DNA of 64,000 nucleotides from the human T2T-CHM13v2.0 reference genome, Homo sapiens (GCF_009914755.1 NC_060931.1), one strand, 5' to 3'. Shown: positions 14,589 through 28,180, numbered from the stretch's first letter. Program-made: numbers and translations. The notes: generated by a model from the sequence alone, not told the origin.

Positions 14589-15151
14589 TACATTCACCTA
14601 CAAGTGATCCCCCAACCTTAGCCTCCTGAGTAGCTGGAACTCTACTCGATTAGACGCCGCTCTCTAGTTCTCTTTATGGGGCTTTCTTCTTCACAAGATT
14701 GAACACTCTCTGGGTTCAAGGACTGCTGTCTCCTTCACCTGCTCTCCCCCGAGGACTCAGCACAATCTGAGCCTGCAGACGCTTCCAGGAGAGCTGCCCA
14801 AAGCGGATATAGCAAGAAATACAGGCAGATTTTAGATTTACCTTTTTCTTTTTCTGCTCTTCCAGTTTTCATTTACAGTTCAGACATTTTGCCAAAGTCA
14901 CCTCCCTGTTACACATAATGACAATATTTTTCCACTTAACACATCACATTCCGGTCAGGGGACATGGCTTCATGCACCCCCCAGGCTCCTCATTTTACTC
15001 ATCCCCTAGGCTGTGTCTCCCCAGCCCTGGTGAAACTCAGCTGATAAATAACAGCACTGGGGTAGGGGTCCTGCTGTTCCATCTTGCAGTGGGCTCTTCA
15101 GGAATAACCTATGCCATGCAAGCAGTAACGCTGGCAATGCGCTGACTCTGA

Positions 15152-15765
<614 letters not shown>

Positions 15766-16494
15766 TGAAATCTGACATCTAATTTTGAGTGGGCAGGTCT
15801 TAACCAGGTGTGGAGCTAAGAAAGCTTTGGAATCGACCTGTGTGGCTGCAGACAGACAAGGGCAAAACCCACTCCAAGTCTGCAGGTCCTTGAAAATACT
15901 GAACCACAGATGCTTCACCACCTGTTCCACTTGCCCTGACCCCATCCTCCTGTACATGGAGGAGCTGCAGAAGTTGCCAGAGACCAGGGAGACCACAATG
16001 CAAGCTTCTCCTCATGGGGCACAAATTAGGCAGGTGTTTCCCCTCCCACATTAGCCCACGATCTGTCAGATTACTCCGCTACGGAACCTGGGAAGAAGAC
16101 CTCTCTCTTCCTGACCTCCAATAGTTTCCTCTAAACTGCACGTTTCATTTTTAACAGCTGAAAACAACAGTGCCCATCCACTCTTAACTTTTCCCCTGAG
16201 CCACAGTTTTTGCATAAATGAATGACAATCCAATCCATCACTAGCCTCCCTGGGCCAGGTGGGGCAAGAAAGGAAACAGCTTCAGAAAGAGTATCGTCAG
16301 GCGGCTCCCCACAGCAGCACTGCCATCAGCAAGGAAACACTTCCCACGTATTCCTCTAACCACCGCCTGATGTTATACCCCAGTTGGAAGAGAGTGGCTG
16401 GAAACAGCTACTGCTTAGGAGGGTGTGCACACACGCCGTGGGGTTCCCTCCCAAGGACAGACCACCAGGGGCTCGGGAATGGGCAGAGTCCTAC

Positions 16495-16588
16495 CGAAAA
16501 GGCCATGAGGCTCCGACTGGCGCCTCTCCGTGCTTCGATTTTGGTCCTTGTGTTTCTTGTTGCTCCTGAGGCTCCCAAAGCGCTTCAT
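16495..16588 (-). CDS. PRKAG2: Coding part of alternative first exon (exon 3b, gamma2-3B isoform): MKRFGSLRSNKKHKDQNRSTERRQSEPHGLF + 1 nt
   Basis: ATG at 16588-16586 preceded by in-frame TGA at 16651-16649. 94 nt then donor TCG|gtagga, phase 1 like exon 3, so it can splice in frame to exon 4. Peptide matches recalled gamma2-3B N-terminus. Confidence 0.88.
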
Positions 16589-16626
16589 GGGTAGCTGTGG
16601 CCACAGGAGTGGCGACAGGTGAACAT
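16585..16626 (-). other. uORF (MFTCRHSCGHSYP*) whose stop overlaps the exon-3b start (ATGA)
   Basis: Read directly: ATG TTC ACC TGT CGC CAC TCC TGT GGC CAC AGC TAC CCA TGA. Confidence 0.55.
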
Positions 16627-17200
16627 ATCAGGACCCACAGAACCGGTGTCAGCCCCAGGTGGCCGGGAGCCAGAGGAGCATCAGCCCGACAGGCACAGGG
16701 CGCCCCAAAAGCTCAGAGTGGCAGCCTGTGCTCAGGTGACAGCCCGGGTTCAAGCGTCCTCACCAGGGGGTCTTCAGGGCGACCTCACCGCAGCCCCAGA
16801 GTCTGTGAGGCGCCAGGGAGTGGAGCCGTCCTGACGGGGCTGCACCTCCGGCCACAGCAGCTGGAGCGTCAGCCCGGCTGTCCTTAAGTAGCAAGAAGCT
16901 GCCGGAAGCACAAACAGAACTTCGCAGGGGATTTGTTGATGTAGTTAAGGTCAGCTGCTCACTGATACTCTCCAGGGCTTTTTTTTTTTTTTTTCTCCTT
17001 AAAATTAAAAAAAGGAGGGAAGACCAGATAGGCAAAGGAGGCACAAGCCTGCAAGTCATGTGCAGCCGTGCATGATGTCTCTTTAAACAGACTGTAAAAG
17101 GAAACCACCCTGGGCAGACAATTCTTGGCACCAATTGGCCAGAGCACATTCCCATTGTGACATGACATCACACAACTATTTTGATTCATGGGTTCCAGGG
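16589..17200 (-). promoter_or_regulatory. PRKAG2: Putative 5' UTR and internal promoter of the exon-3b isoform
   Basis: Repeat-free sequence directly upstream of the 3b ATG. ETS-like CCGGAAG (~16902), MEF2-like TTAAAATTAA (16999-17008), GATA AGATAG (17026-17031), MCAT CATTCC (17147-17152). TSS position not determinable from sequence. Confidence 0.55.
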
Positions 17201-17815
17201 CCCCACGGGGTCAGAAGGCTCCGGCTGCTGCCGGGTGGAGAAGCCACACAAGTCCCTGGGCTGGAAATTGCTGAATCTACCCTGGCTCACGGTTCCACTC
17301 AATGAAAGCAGCAATGCCGTCTTCAAGGAGGGGATACAGCTCCCCCACTGGAATTTAACGGAAGGTCTTCGGCAAATGCGTAATTTGAGCTCTGGACTTG
17401 CTGAGAATTGCAGCATGACAGAGCTGGAAGAGATTTTAGAGAGATCTAGTCCAACTCCCTTCTATGACAGATGGGGAAACAGGCTCAGGACAGGGAGGTG
17501 ACTTCCCCAAGATCCTGTCGCCAATGGTAGAACCAGGACTGGAGTTCTAATCTCCTTGACTCCTAAGCCAAACCGCTGATCAAGTAAAACCTAAAACATT
17601 TATAATTTGTATATGTTTTGCAACCAATAAAACAAACTTTGGAAGCAAAAGATAGAAAAAAAATCCTTGACTTTTTGTCTGATAGCCTCACTAAAGTTAC
17701 CTGCTTTGCTACTAACCAGCTTTGTGACCATCAGAAAGTTACTTCCCATTTCTGAACCTCAGTTTCCCCCTTAGTGAACTAAGACAAGACCAGGTCATTT
17801 TAGGATTTAGTCTAG

Positions 17816-17953
17816 GGCCAGGCACGGTGGCTCACGCCTGTAATCTCAGCACTTTGGGAGGCTGAGGTGGGAGGATGGCTTGAGCCTAGGAGTTCAAGAC
17901 CAGCCAGGGCAACACAGTGAGACCCCCATCTCTATTAAAAAAAAAAAAAAAAA
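17816..17953 (+). mobile_element. Alu left monomer (FLAM_C)
   Basis: Single arm with A tail; TSD gatttag(t/c)ctag. Confidence 0.9.
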
Positions 17954-18466
17954 GAGATTTAGCCTAGTTCCAACAGTCTGAACCTCTCATGGTAACTGAT
18001 TCTTCCCAAATGACTATGCACATGAGGAGGAGACTATGTCAGACCAGTTAAATAACCCCCGAGCTAAAGATTAGTAGCCTGGGTTCTTCTGGCCGCCCAC
18101 TAGGGTGGGATAACCTCCCAAAACTGCAACGCCATCAGTTTCTTCAGCGGAATTGTTATTATCTACGGCTCGTCCGAAAACAAGGGGATGGAGTGTGGGG
18201 TGGAAGCGCCCCAGCAGCTTGCCACTGGAGCCCAGGCCTCCTCAGGAACCACAGGTCCAGCCTCCCAACTTGGGTTGGGCTGCTTTTCATGCCTTTTCTC
18301 TCACCTCTTTCATTTACAGAGCTCAGTGCCACTGGAGTTGTTGGCCCAGTCACTGCAGATGCCTGATGAGATAAAGATGGCTCCACACTCGGGCAACAGG
18401 AAGGAGGGCAAGGGAAGTCTTCCATTCTATCCCCATGAGATGAAACCCTGGAAGCTCAGCTCCCAC

Positions 18467-18983
18467 CCCAGATCTGCCATTCCCATGGGGCCTCCATCCA
18501 CAGAAGCCAGAGATACCCAGATCTGCCATTCCACGGGGCCTCCATCCACAGAAGCCAGAGATGCCTAGATCTGCCATTCACACGGGGACTCCTTCCACAG
18601 AAGCCAGAGATGCCCAGATGTGCCATTCACACGGGGCCTCCATCCACAGAAGCCAGAGATGCCCAGATCTGCCACTCCCACGGGGCCTCCATCCACAGAA
18701 GCCAGAGATGCCCAGATCTGCCACTCCCACGGGGCCTCCATCCACAGAAGCCAGAGATGCCCAGATCTGCCACTCCCACGGGGCCTCCATCCACAGAAGC
18801 CAGAGATGCCCAGATCTGCCACTCCCACGGGGCCTCCATCCACAGAAGCCAGAGATGCCCAGATCTGCCACTCCCACGGGGCCTCCATCCACAGAAGCCA
18901 GAGATGCCCAGATCTGCCACTCACACGGGGCCTCCATCCACAGAAGCCAGAGATGCCCAGATCTGCCACTGCCATGGGGCCTC
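18467..18983 (+). repeat. 49-bp VNTR, ~10.5 copies (cccagatctgccactcccacggggcctccatccacagaagccagagatg)
   Basis: gat(c/g)tgcc recurs at 18471, 18520, 18568, 18617, 18666, 18715, 18764, 18813, 18862, 18911, 18960. Confidence 0.97.
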
Positions 18984-19675
18984 TGTTGGGAGCAAGCCCC
19001 CCAAAATCTGGCCATAAACTGGCCCCAAAACTGGCCATAAACAAAATCTCTGCAGCACTGTGACATGTTCATAATGGCCCTAACGCACAAGCTGGAAGGT
19101 TGTGGGTTTACGGAAATGAGGGCAAGGAACACCTGGCCTGCCCAGGGCGGAAAACCGCTTAAAGGCATTCTTAAGCCACAAACAATAGCATGAGCGATCT
19201 GTGCTTTAAGGACATGCTCCTGCTGCAGTTAACTAGCCCAACCTATTCCTTTAATTCGGCCCATCCCTTTGTTTCCCTTAAGGGATGCTTTTAGTTAATT
19301 TAATAACTATAGAAACAATGCTAATTATTGGTTTGCTGTTAATAAATATGTGGGTAAATCTCTGTTGGGGCTCTCAGCTCTGAAGGCTGTGAGACCCCTG
19401 ATTTCCCACTTCACACCTCTATATTTCTGTGTGTGTGTCTTTAATTCCTCTAGTACCACTGGAGTTGTTGGCCCAGTCACTGCAGATGCCTGATGAGATA
19501 AAGATGGCTCCAGGCTAGGGCAACAGGAAGGAGGGCCAAGGGAAGTCTTCCATTCTATCCCCATGAGATGAAACCCTGGAAGCTCAGCTCCCACCCCAGA
19601 TCTGCCACTCCCATGGGGCCTCCATCCACAGAAGCCAACCGGGTTCGGGTCTCCCCAGCTGAGCTGGTCTCGGTA
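18984..19675 (+). mobile_element. MER9 (HERV-K HML-3/HERVK9) solo LTR, interrupted at ~19463-19637
   Basis: TGTTGGGAGCAAGCCCCCCAAAATCTGGCCATAAACTGGCCCC start, AATAAA, end gggtctccccagctgagctggtctcggta; TSD gcctc at 18979-18983 and 19676-19680. Confidence 0.9.
19452..19637 (+). repeat. ~185-bp direct duplicate of 18325-18509 inside the MER9 LTR
   Basis: Near-identical (about 6 differences) to the upstream unique segment plus first VNTR unit. Confidence 0.95.
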
Positions 19676-20031
19676 GCCTCCATCTGCAGGGGACACACAC
19701 CAGCTCCCAAGAAGCCTGCTCGGCCCCGGCATGGCTCCGGTGTAGCTGGAGCTGGTTCTAGCATTTCAGATCCCATCGACTGGTAGAGCAACTGCTCACG
19801 TGATTGGACCTGACCTATTAAAGATGTGTAAGTGTGCTCTTCCTGCCTAGGGGACCTGGCCCATCTCTGTCTAGAATGACCTCATAGTCATACCATTGCT
19901 TAGCCGATCAAGAAACTATGGTCTCAACTTTTCTCATGCAATTTCTACCAAATTGACTGAGTAACAACTGTCTACTTGGTGCTGTGCTGAATGTTGTAAG
20001 GTCAGGGAGTCCTATAAGGCATGACCCAGCC

Positions 20032-20416
<385 letters not shown>

Positions 20417-21649
20417 TAAGCCCGTGGTTTTCAGCTCTGCCTGCTGAAACCCCATGAAACCCTTACGGCCCAATCCAGAGACCGTGCCTTCCCCCAAGTG
20501 AGCCCTCCCTCATCACTCCCCAAAGAGGGGACTTTTCTCTCCTTTGAAAGATTTTAGCTCTTCTATTCTATATGTGAATGTCGCCCTTACCACAGAGAAG
20601 ACTGGGAACCCCAAAAAGATAGGGGCCCAGGCCTCACCCGTTGTGAGGATCTCCCAAGCCTACAGCAAGGCACCTGCTTTGGGAGGCACCGGACAGTCAC
20701 CCTGAACGCCTGCGGTCCCTCCAGCTGCCCCTGCTCCCTGATGGAGCCGACTGGAGGGACTACCTGGCCAGGCTCCTCCTCCCGGGCTGCTGGTTAGCTG
20801 CAGCCAACAGTGGGCACAGCAGACGCCCGAAGGAGGGAGGAGTTGAGGCTTTCATAGCTCCCTACATCCCTGCAGGGTTGCTCTGGCCTTGCTGTGTCAT
20901 CTCCCAAGGGAAGAATTCAGCTCCTCTCAGAGAAACCCTCCCTCAGACCTCTGTCTTGGGTCAGGGACCCTCTCCTTCATCCTTCAGGCACAGCAGTGGC
21001 AGCAGCCCTGCTGATACGAACCCGAGTTACTGCACCAGTCCTAGGGGTTCCTGGCAGCCTGCCCACACCTTTGAAAGTAGTGTCTTTATTCAATTCTCCT
21101 CCAGTGATCCAAAAAGTTCAGTGTGCCTCCTTTCTCCTGCTGGGACTGACTGATAGATACGGGGATCAGATATTTGTAGCAAGGATGCATGAATGAACAC
21201 ACAAAATAGGTCTTGCTCTCAGTGACTTTGCAAATGAGCTGGAGACAAAGATAAACAATGCTAACTGCATGAAAAAGCCGTGAGTATGTGAGCCGTGGCT
21301 GCAAGTGTCGTCAGCACAAAGGAAGGAGAGGAGAAGGCCCGTGTGGCCCTGCCCGGAGAAGGGGAACTTGAGATGGGCCTTCAGGGTTGGAGGGTGTGAA
21401 GAAGAGGGGGGAACCCAGGCCAGGCCAAATCAATGCCGGAGGGGACCCCAGCCTTCCCAAACAAGCCGCGAAATCTACCGCCAGCTAGGTCCCCTGATAT
21501 ACTGATGGATTATTTCTGCTGTTAAATATGGTAGCCCAAACTTAACTGTGATTAAATTCTGGAAGTAGGTAAGTTTAGGAGTTTCATGTTTAGATGTCTT
21601 TTTTTCTTTTTAAAAATCAGCTTCTAACAAAAATTGTTTTCTCGATTTA

Positions 21650-21907
<258 letters not shown>

Positions 21908-21991
21908 TTAAAAGGAAAATGAAAAGGTTTTGTTTCAGCCAGTGTACTATTCTTACACTACATAATACAACGGACAGAAAGAACATTTCAA

Positions 21992-22285
21992 GGCCGGGCG
22001 CAGTGGCTCACGCCTATAATCCCAGCATTTTGGGAGGCCGAGGCAGGTGGATCACCTGAGGTCGGGAGTTCAAGACCAGCCTGACCAACATGGTGAAACC
22101 CCATCTCTACTAAAAATAAAATTAGCTGGGCATGGTGGTGCATGCCTGTAACCCCAGCTATTAGGGAGGCTGAGGCAGGAGAATCGCTTGAACCAGGAGG
22201 CAGAGGTTGCGATGAGCCGAGATCATGCCATTGCACTCCAGCCTGGGCAACAAAAGCAAAACTCTGTCTCAAAAAAAAAAAAAAA
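21992..22285 (+). mobile_element. AluS
   Basis: Dimer; TSD aagaacatttcaa. Confidence 0.95.
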
Positions 22286-22384
22286 GAACATTTCAAAGTT
22301 TAGTGACTGAGGTAAATGTATTGAAATTTGTGTGGAAAATAACCAGCAACTTAGGCAGGCCTGACGTTTCCGTGCTTGAGTTTA

Positions 22385-22770
22385 AATGGTCATTCATTCA
22401 ACAGGTAGTTATTAAACCTCTAGTAAGCGTGCAGGGCAGTTGTTGATTGAAGGGATGAGGTGCTACAAATAATTCGGAGAAATTCCTGTCCTCTAAGAAC
22501 CATATTTTATTTGTAACATAATAACATTTACTGAATGCCTACCATATGCCAGCTGGGGTGCTGGTCACCTTACAGTTATTATTTTATTTCATCCTTCCCA
22601 CACATGAGCAGGGCAGGTATAATTAACATTTCATTGAAATTGAATAACTGAGGGTCAGAGAAGTAGTTTGACCTGGATGGCACAGCTGGTAAGTTGAGAG
22701 AAGATGGACTTGTCCCCTCATGTGGACCCGATTCCCAAATTCACATCCTTCCACCATACCATACTTTCTC
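22385..22770. mobile_element. L2 and MIR fragments
   Basis: cattcattcaacagg...; aacatttactgaatgcctaccatatgccag; aactgagggtcagagaagt. Confidence 0.6.
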
Positions 22771-22939
22771 ATCCATGTGCACAGGAAAATTCAGCAGCCA
22801 TTCAATACCCTAGCCTGAATCCCAGAGGACCGCTGTGGACTGAAGGGATTTGGAAAAGAATTTCTCTCTACATCCTGATTTTTCATTTTAGGCTGGGAAA
22901 TTTAAAGGCAAAAGAAGAAGCATGTTTAAAAATCCTGAC

Positions 22940-23284
<345 letters not shown>

Positions 23285-26200
23285 TCAGGAGGCTACAACA
23301 AGCTGACCTGCCTTGTGGGTACACCATACTCTGGAAGCACAAAGCCGGCTGCTTCCTCCCCGAGGCCACTTCTAGGTGGCTGAGCACAGAGGTGGGGCAC
23401 AAAAAACTCCTCACTGCTGGGGTCTTTCTGTTTGACTCACACATGCCTGAAATTCCTTACATGAGGGACAAAGCTTTGGATCCCACGATTAGAGATGAAC
23501 GCTGATGCGTTGGGAGAGATGGCGCCTTCCCATTGCAGGGCAGGGGCTGAGGACCCTTCTTCAGCATACGTGGGCGGGGGAAAGTTGACCACTCACAGGC
23601 GGATGGGGACACCAAACCTTCCCCTCTTCTGTTTCCGCCAGTCGATGATCCCACATGAATAGAGGGGAAACTCCCTGCCACAACTGTGACCCTGCTCAGA
23701 GTTCCTTCTAACAGAATGCTTTTCACACTCAGAATTCTTTTTTAAAGGGAGGGGCTGAAAAAGGAAGGAAAGAATGGCTCCCAAATAGGAACCGTATTTT
23801 CTAATGTATTTTTAAAGGGCCAGGGCCTTTTTGGATCACAGTTTAAAACTCACACCCCTGGTTGGTGCTGCAACCCAAAGCCTGGCACGGGACCAGGTAA
23901 TTCGGGTGGCAGATGCCTTTATCTCTTAGCAGTGCCCCGTGCTGTGTGGCCAAGGCTTCCAGGTCACCATTCTGACACTAGGTTTATAAGATCTGGGAGG
24001 GAGTGAAATCAGAGCTCAGCTCATTCAACGTGTGTTCTTTACGTGTGTCTTCTGGTGGCTGTTCTTTTAGATTTCTGACTACAAACCTACCTTTGACAAC
24101 TCGAAAAAGAAAACAGTGTGGAAGAATACTACCACAAGGCATTTCATACTGTTAGCATGCTTCATTGTTTTCTGGCTTTTGGTTTAATTTTCTCCCCAGC
24201 TAGACTGAAAGCTCCCCGATGACAGGTATCTCACCCGCAGAAGAAAGAAAAGGAGCGATTACTGAGTTCCTCCACGAGACTCAGGAGCAGCATGATGGGT
24301 CAGGGAACAGCAAGCCAGCTGCTGCTCCATGCTCGGCATCCCTGGGAGCAGCATGTCCTGTTCCTGGAGGACGCTTTTGTGGCTGTTCTGGAGCCAGGGA
24401 GGCTGTGCTGACCGCTCCTCTGCCCTCGGCAGGGCTCCAGGCTTGGCCAGCCAGGGCTGGGCTGCGGGAGGCCATGGCACTAGGTCCCGTTCACTCTAAT
24501 ACTTGGATTTTACCAGGTGTGCCAGCCCCCCCACATCTGGATGCTGCAAAACATTCCACAGCCAGACTGTGCACTACACAGCAGAGCTGGGGGCGAGAGA
24601 GATGAGGAAGGAGAGGTCAGGGGAACTGCAGATGGGCTCGAAGATGGAGCACGGTCACCCCTGCTTCCTGCACATGAGGATAAGTGGCGTGAAGGCGACC
24701 ACCCTTCCACAAGAGACACAATGGCGCTCCTGTGGCTCTGATATGTAACCCCCACCCCCAGACTCCGGTGACCCAAAACATGCGAGTAAACCCTTTAATT
24801 GCTGGAGGTTCTCAGCCGGTGCCCCGGGGCCACGTTCCCACGGCATCGGGGAAGTGCCAGGACATGTGGCACATGTTGTCCCACTAACGTGGTGCTGGTC
24901 CAGGCTGCAGGTTGGAGCCCCACCCCAGCCTTATCGCCTGGTGAATGGGACTCTGGGTCTCCGTTGTAGACACCATGGTTGGTGCCTAGCCTCCACTTGT
25001 CCCCCACCCCACCACTGCAGTGGGCATCTGAGAGCCGAGGGCGTCATCAGGCCGAGCTGCCTCCTACTCCAGGTAGCCTGTGAATACCTACAGGATCAAG
25101 CCCCTTGAAGCCCACCCTATCTCTGGACTTCCAATTATATCAAAACCAAATTTTTGAAAAGACCCCAAGCTTTCCGTCTCATCAAAGCCACTTTGCATGT
25201 TATGTGAAGCTGCAAATAGTCTCCTTGAAGCTGTCACTGGGGACCCATATGAGAGAAAAGTCACTGAGACTCCGTGTAACCACCCTCCCTCCATGCGCCT
25301 CCATTCATTCATGAGACTGGCACTTCCCAGGGCAGGGCTGCTGAGGCCTGGGAGCACCGCGCAGGCAGAATCAGCCCGGCCGACCGAGAGATCCACCAGC
25401 AGAGCAGGGCAGGGGGAACCCTAGTCACCCACACCCTGCGGCTGTACAGAGCTGGGAGACTTTGCCCACAGCAGTTTCCTACATTCTTCTCAACCATGCT
25501 GTGTGGTAGGGAGGCCAGCCATGACTATTCAGTTCAAGAAATAACATTTTTCAAAAACCCAGAAGTTCAGAGGTGCTCAGTGATTTGCCCAGGATCCGTG
25601 GGCAGCTTGTGGGATTGTGGGGGTCGACACTGGCTCTGCTGGTTCCTCATCAGGGGGCCATCAAGAGCCAGGCTGCCTCTGCTCCATGGGTGGACGGCTG
25701 CAGAAGCAGGTGAGGATGCACTACTCAAAAACTTCCCGCTCATCCTGAACCTTTGCGGATCACGAGGCCATACCTGCAAAGCACCCAGTCCCCTGCACGG
25801 CTGCGTTCCAAACCACATCTCATTATGCAAGAGGGCACGGGTCCCCTCCGCGCCGGGGAGCAGCAACACGCCTTAGCACATATTTGCCAGAGCTCTCCTG
25901 CCGGTTGCAAAATACTGTGTCATGTTTCATGGAAAGTTCTAAAGGTCACTGCTGCACTTGACTCTGAGATCGCCACGTCGCCTCACTGGGGCCTCCACGC
26001 CCTGCCCCAGGAGGTGTTTATGAGCTGGCACCTCTGCGGAGCACCCTCTGCCCTGACTCAAGCCCCCACGCCTCTGTTCCACGTCAGCCCGACACACTCA
26101 TGGTCATGCACAGCCTCGTGGTGACCACAGGAACTGGAGCCTGAGTCTCTGAGTGACAAGAGGGTGATTTTTTTGGCAGAGACAAACCACCTCAGCTCAC

Positions 26201-27872
26201 ACAGCTCCACTCACACCAGCGATATCTAAGGCCACTGAGAATTGGCAGAGGCAACAGGGGCATCTTGATTTTAAAAACACAGAGAAGTACTAAAAAGGTG
26301 AAAAACGATAGCAATAATTATTTTTAGCATGCCGAAATGCAGCACCCAAAAAGTAAGAAATCCCTGGATCTCCTTAAAATCTGGAAGGGGCATCACATTC
26401 CCCCATGGAGGGCTCGGTGGGGCCCTTTTCAGTCCCTTCTCGTGGTGCCTGGCAACCCTGCAGTCGCTCAGTGTCCAAGAGCACACCAGGCCAAGAGCTC
26501 TGAGGGCTCCAGCGGCAAGAACCTGCCCTGATTCCAGCTGCTCCGTGGCGCAGAAGCTGAGCGCTGGGCTCAACGGGGGCCACCAAGCAATGGCTTCTGA
26601 AAACCAGATTCTGAAACTCTGCAGGCCAGCCATTTGGGTTTTCTGTTTAATTCTCTTTAAGTGATTTAATTTCTCTTACAAGTGCTGAAGTGAGCTGGGA
26701 ATGCACCGAAGCCTTGGAGAAGGACCCGGTTAACTCCCGGACTCAGCGGAAAGCCAGTTTGGCCTGTGGTCTCTCACTTCTAGGCGATGGGGCAGGATTT
26801 CCAGTGTCTGGACCTGGGCTGGTCACAGAGCAATCCACCTCCTCCTGCACGTCACTCCTTAAGAAGCCCCTAGCTTAGATTATGAGGGCTGAGCTGAAGT
26901 TTGCCTCAGATCTCTTTCTTCTTATAGTGAAATATATTTCAAAACAAGGTAACAGGTAGAAAGGTTTAAAACACTTAGGTCAGAGAACCTTAAAGCAACA
27001 CAGGTTCACCCATTGGCATGCAATTCTGAGCCATTTAGTTTATTCTTCCACATTTCTCCCATAAGAGAGACCATTTTACAGGGTTTCAAGGTGATTAAAT
27101 AAGACAGAATAGCAAAAATATCCTGTAAGCTGCAGAGCATTTCACAAACAGAGGACATGGCCATTCTCTGTCCCTGAAAGCAGCCTCTCAGGAGCTCCAC
27201 TAGCTCAGGCACAAGGTGCCCGAAAGGACCTCGCGTGAACAGCTGCGGAAAGCCTGGGTGAGGACTGAAGGCCGCCTGCTCCAGTGGCTGCTCCTGGGAC
27301 GGCTGCTGGGCACCATGCTGAGAATTCAGAGGCTGTGGCCGGAGCCTGGGGAGAGAGCGCTGGGCTCCACGATTCTGGCCTGGCCAGGCAGCGCTTGGAC
27401 TTGCAATAGGAGCTCCACACCTTGGCAGACCCTGCTCTGGATCTCAGCAGAGAAATCAGAAGGAATTGGACAAAGCCCTGCTCATCAGCCCAGTGCTCAA
27501 AGCCCCAGCATTTCACGTCCTGAATGAGGAATGAAGGGATTTTCTCAGTAACAATTTACTCTTTTTAACCACACATACTAAGAAAACTTTATTCGCAGCA
27601 AATTGTGATGGGGCGGGGGAGAGGGTAGGTACCATTCAAGGCAGGAACATGGGCTGCCACAGAGCAGGTAGTGGCACAAGGAAGGAGACAGAGAGGGTGA
27701 GCAGAACTCGGGCAGAGGGCACAGACATCCTGCCTCAAACAGAAGTTTGTTCTCATAACTCAGTTGGCTGCTGCTGGATGTGTTGACGCATATAGGGTGA
27801 TCTAGCAAGAACCTGACTCATCTATAAAGAGTGAAATTACAGTACTTGGTATCTTTTGAATAAGAAAACTGT

Positions 27873-28180
27873 TGGCTCTCGCCAGTAATCTCAGCACTTT
27901 GGGAGGCCGAGGTGGGTGGATCACCTGAGGTCAGGAGTTCGAGACCAGCCTGGCCAACATGGTGAAACTCCGTCTCTACTAAAAATACAAAAATTAGCCG
28001 GGCGTGGTGGCGGGCGCCTGTAATCCCAGTTACTCAGGAGGCTGAGGCAGGAGAATCGCTTGAACCTGGAAGGCGGGGTTTGTAGTGAGCCGAGATTGCG
28101 CCACTGCACTCCAGCCTGGGTGATAGAGAGAGACTCCGTCTCAAAAAAAAACCAACCAACCAACCAAACAAACAAAAAAA
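27873..28180 (+). mobile_element. AluS
   Basis: Dimer with (AACC)/(AAAC) tail. Confidence 0.93.

Noticed and set aside
18561-19168. Repetitive ORFs in multiple frames; CRISPR-like appearance
   Set aside because: Translations of the 49-bp VNTR; tandem units have no unique spacers and the DNA is eukaryotic.
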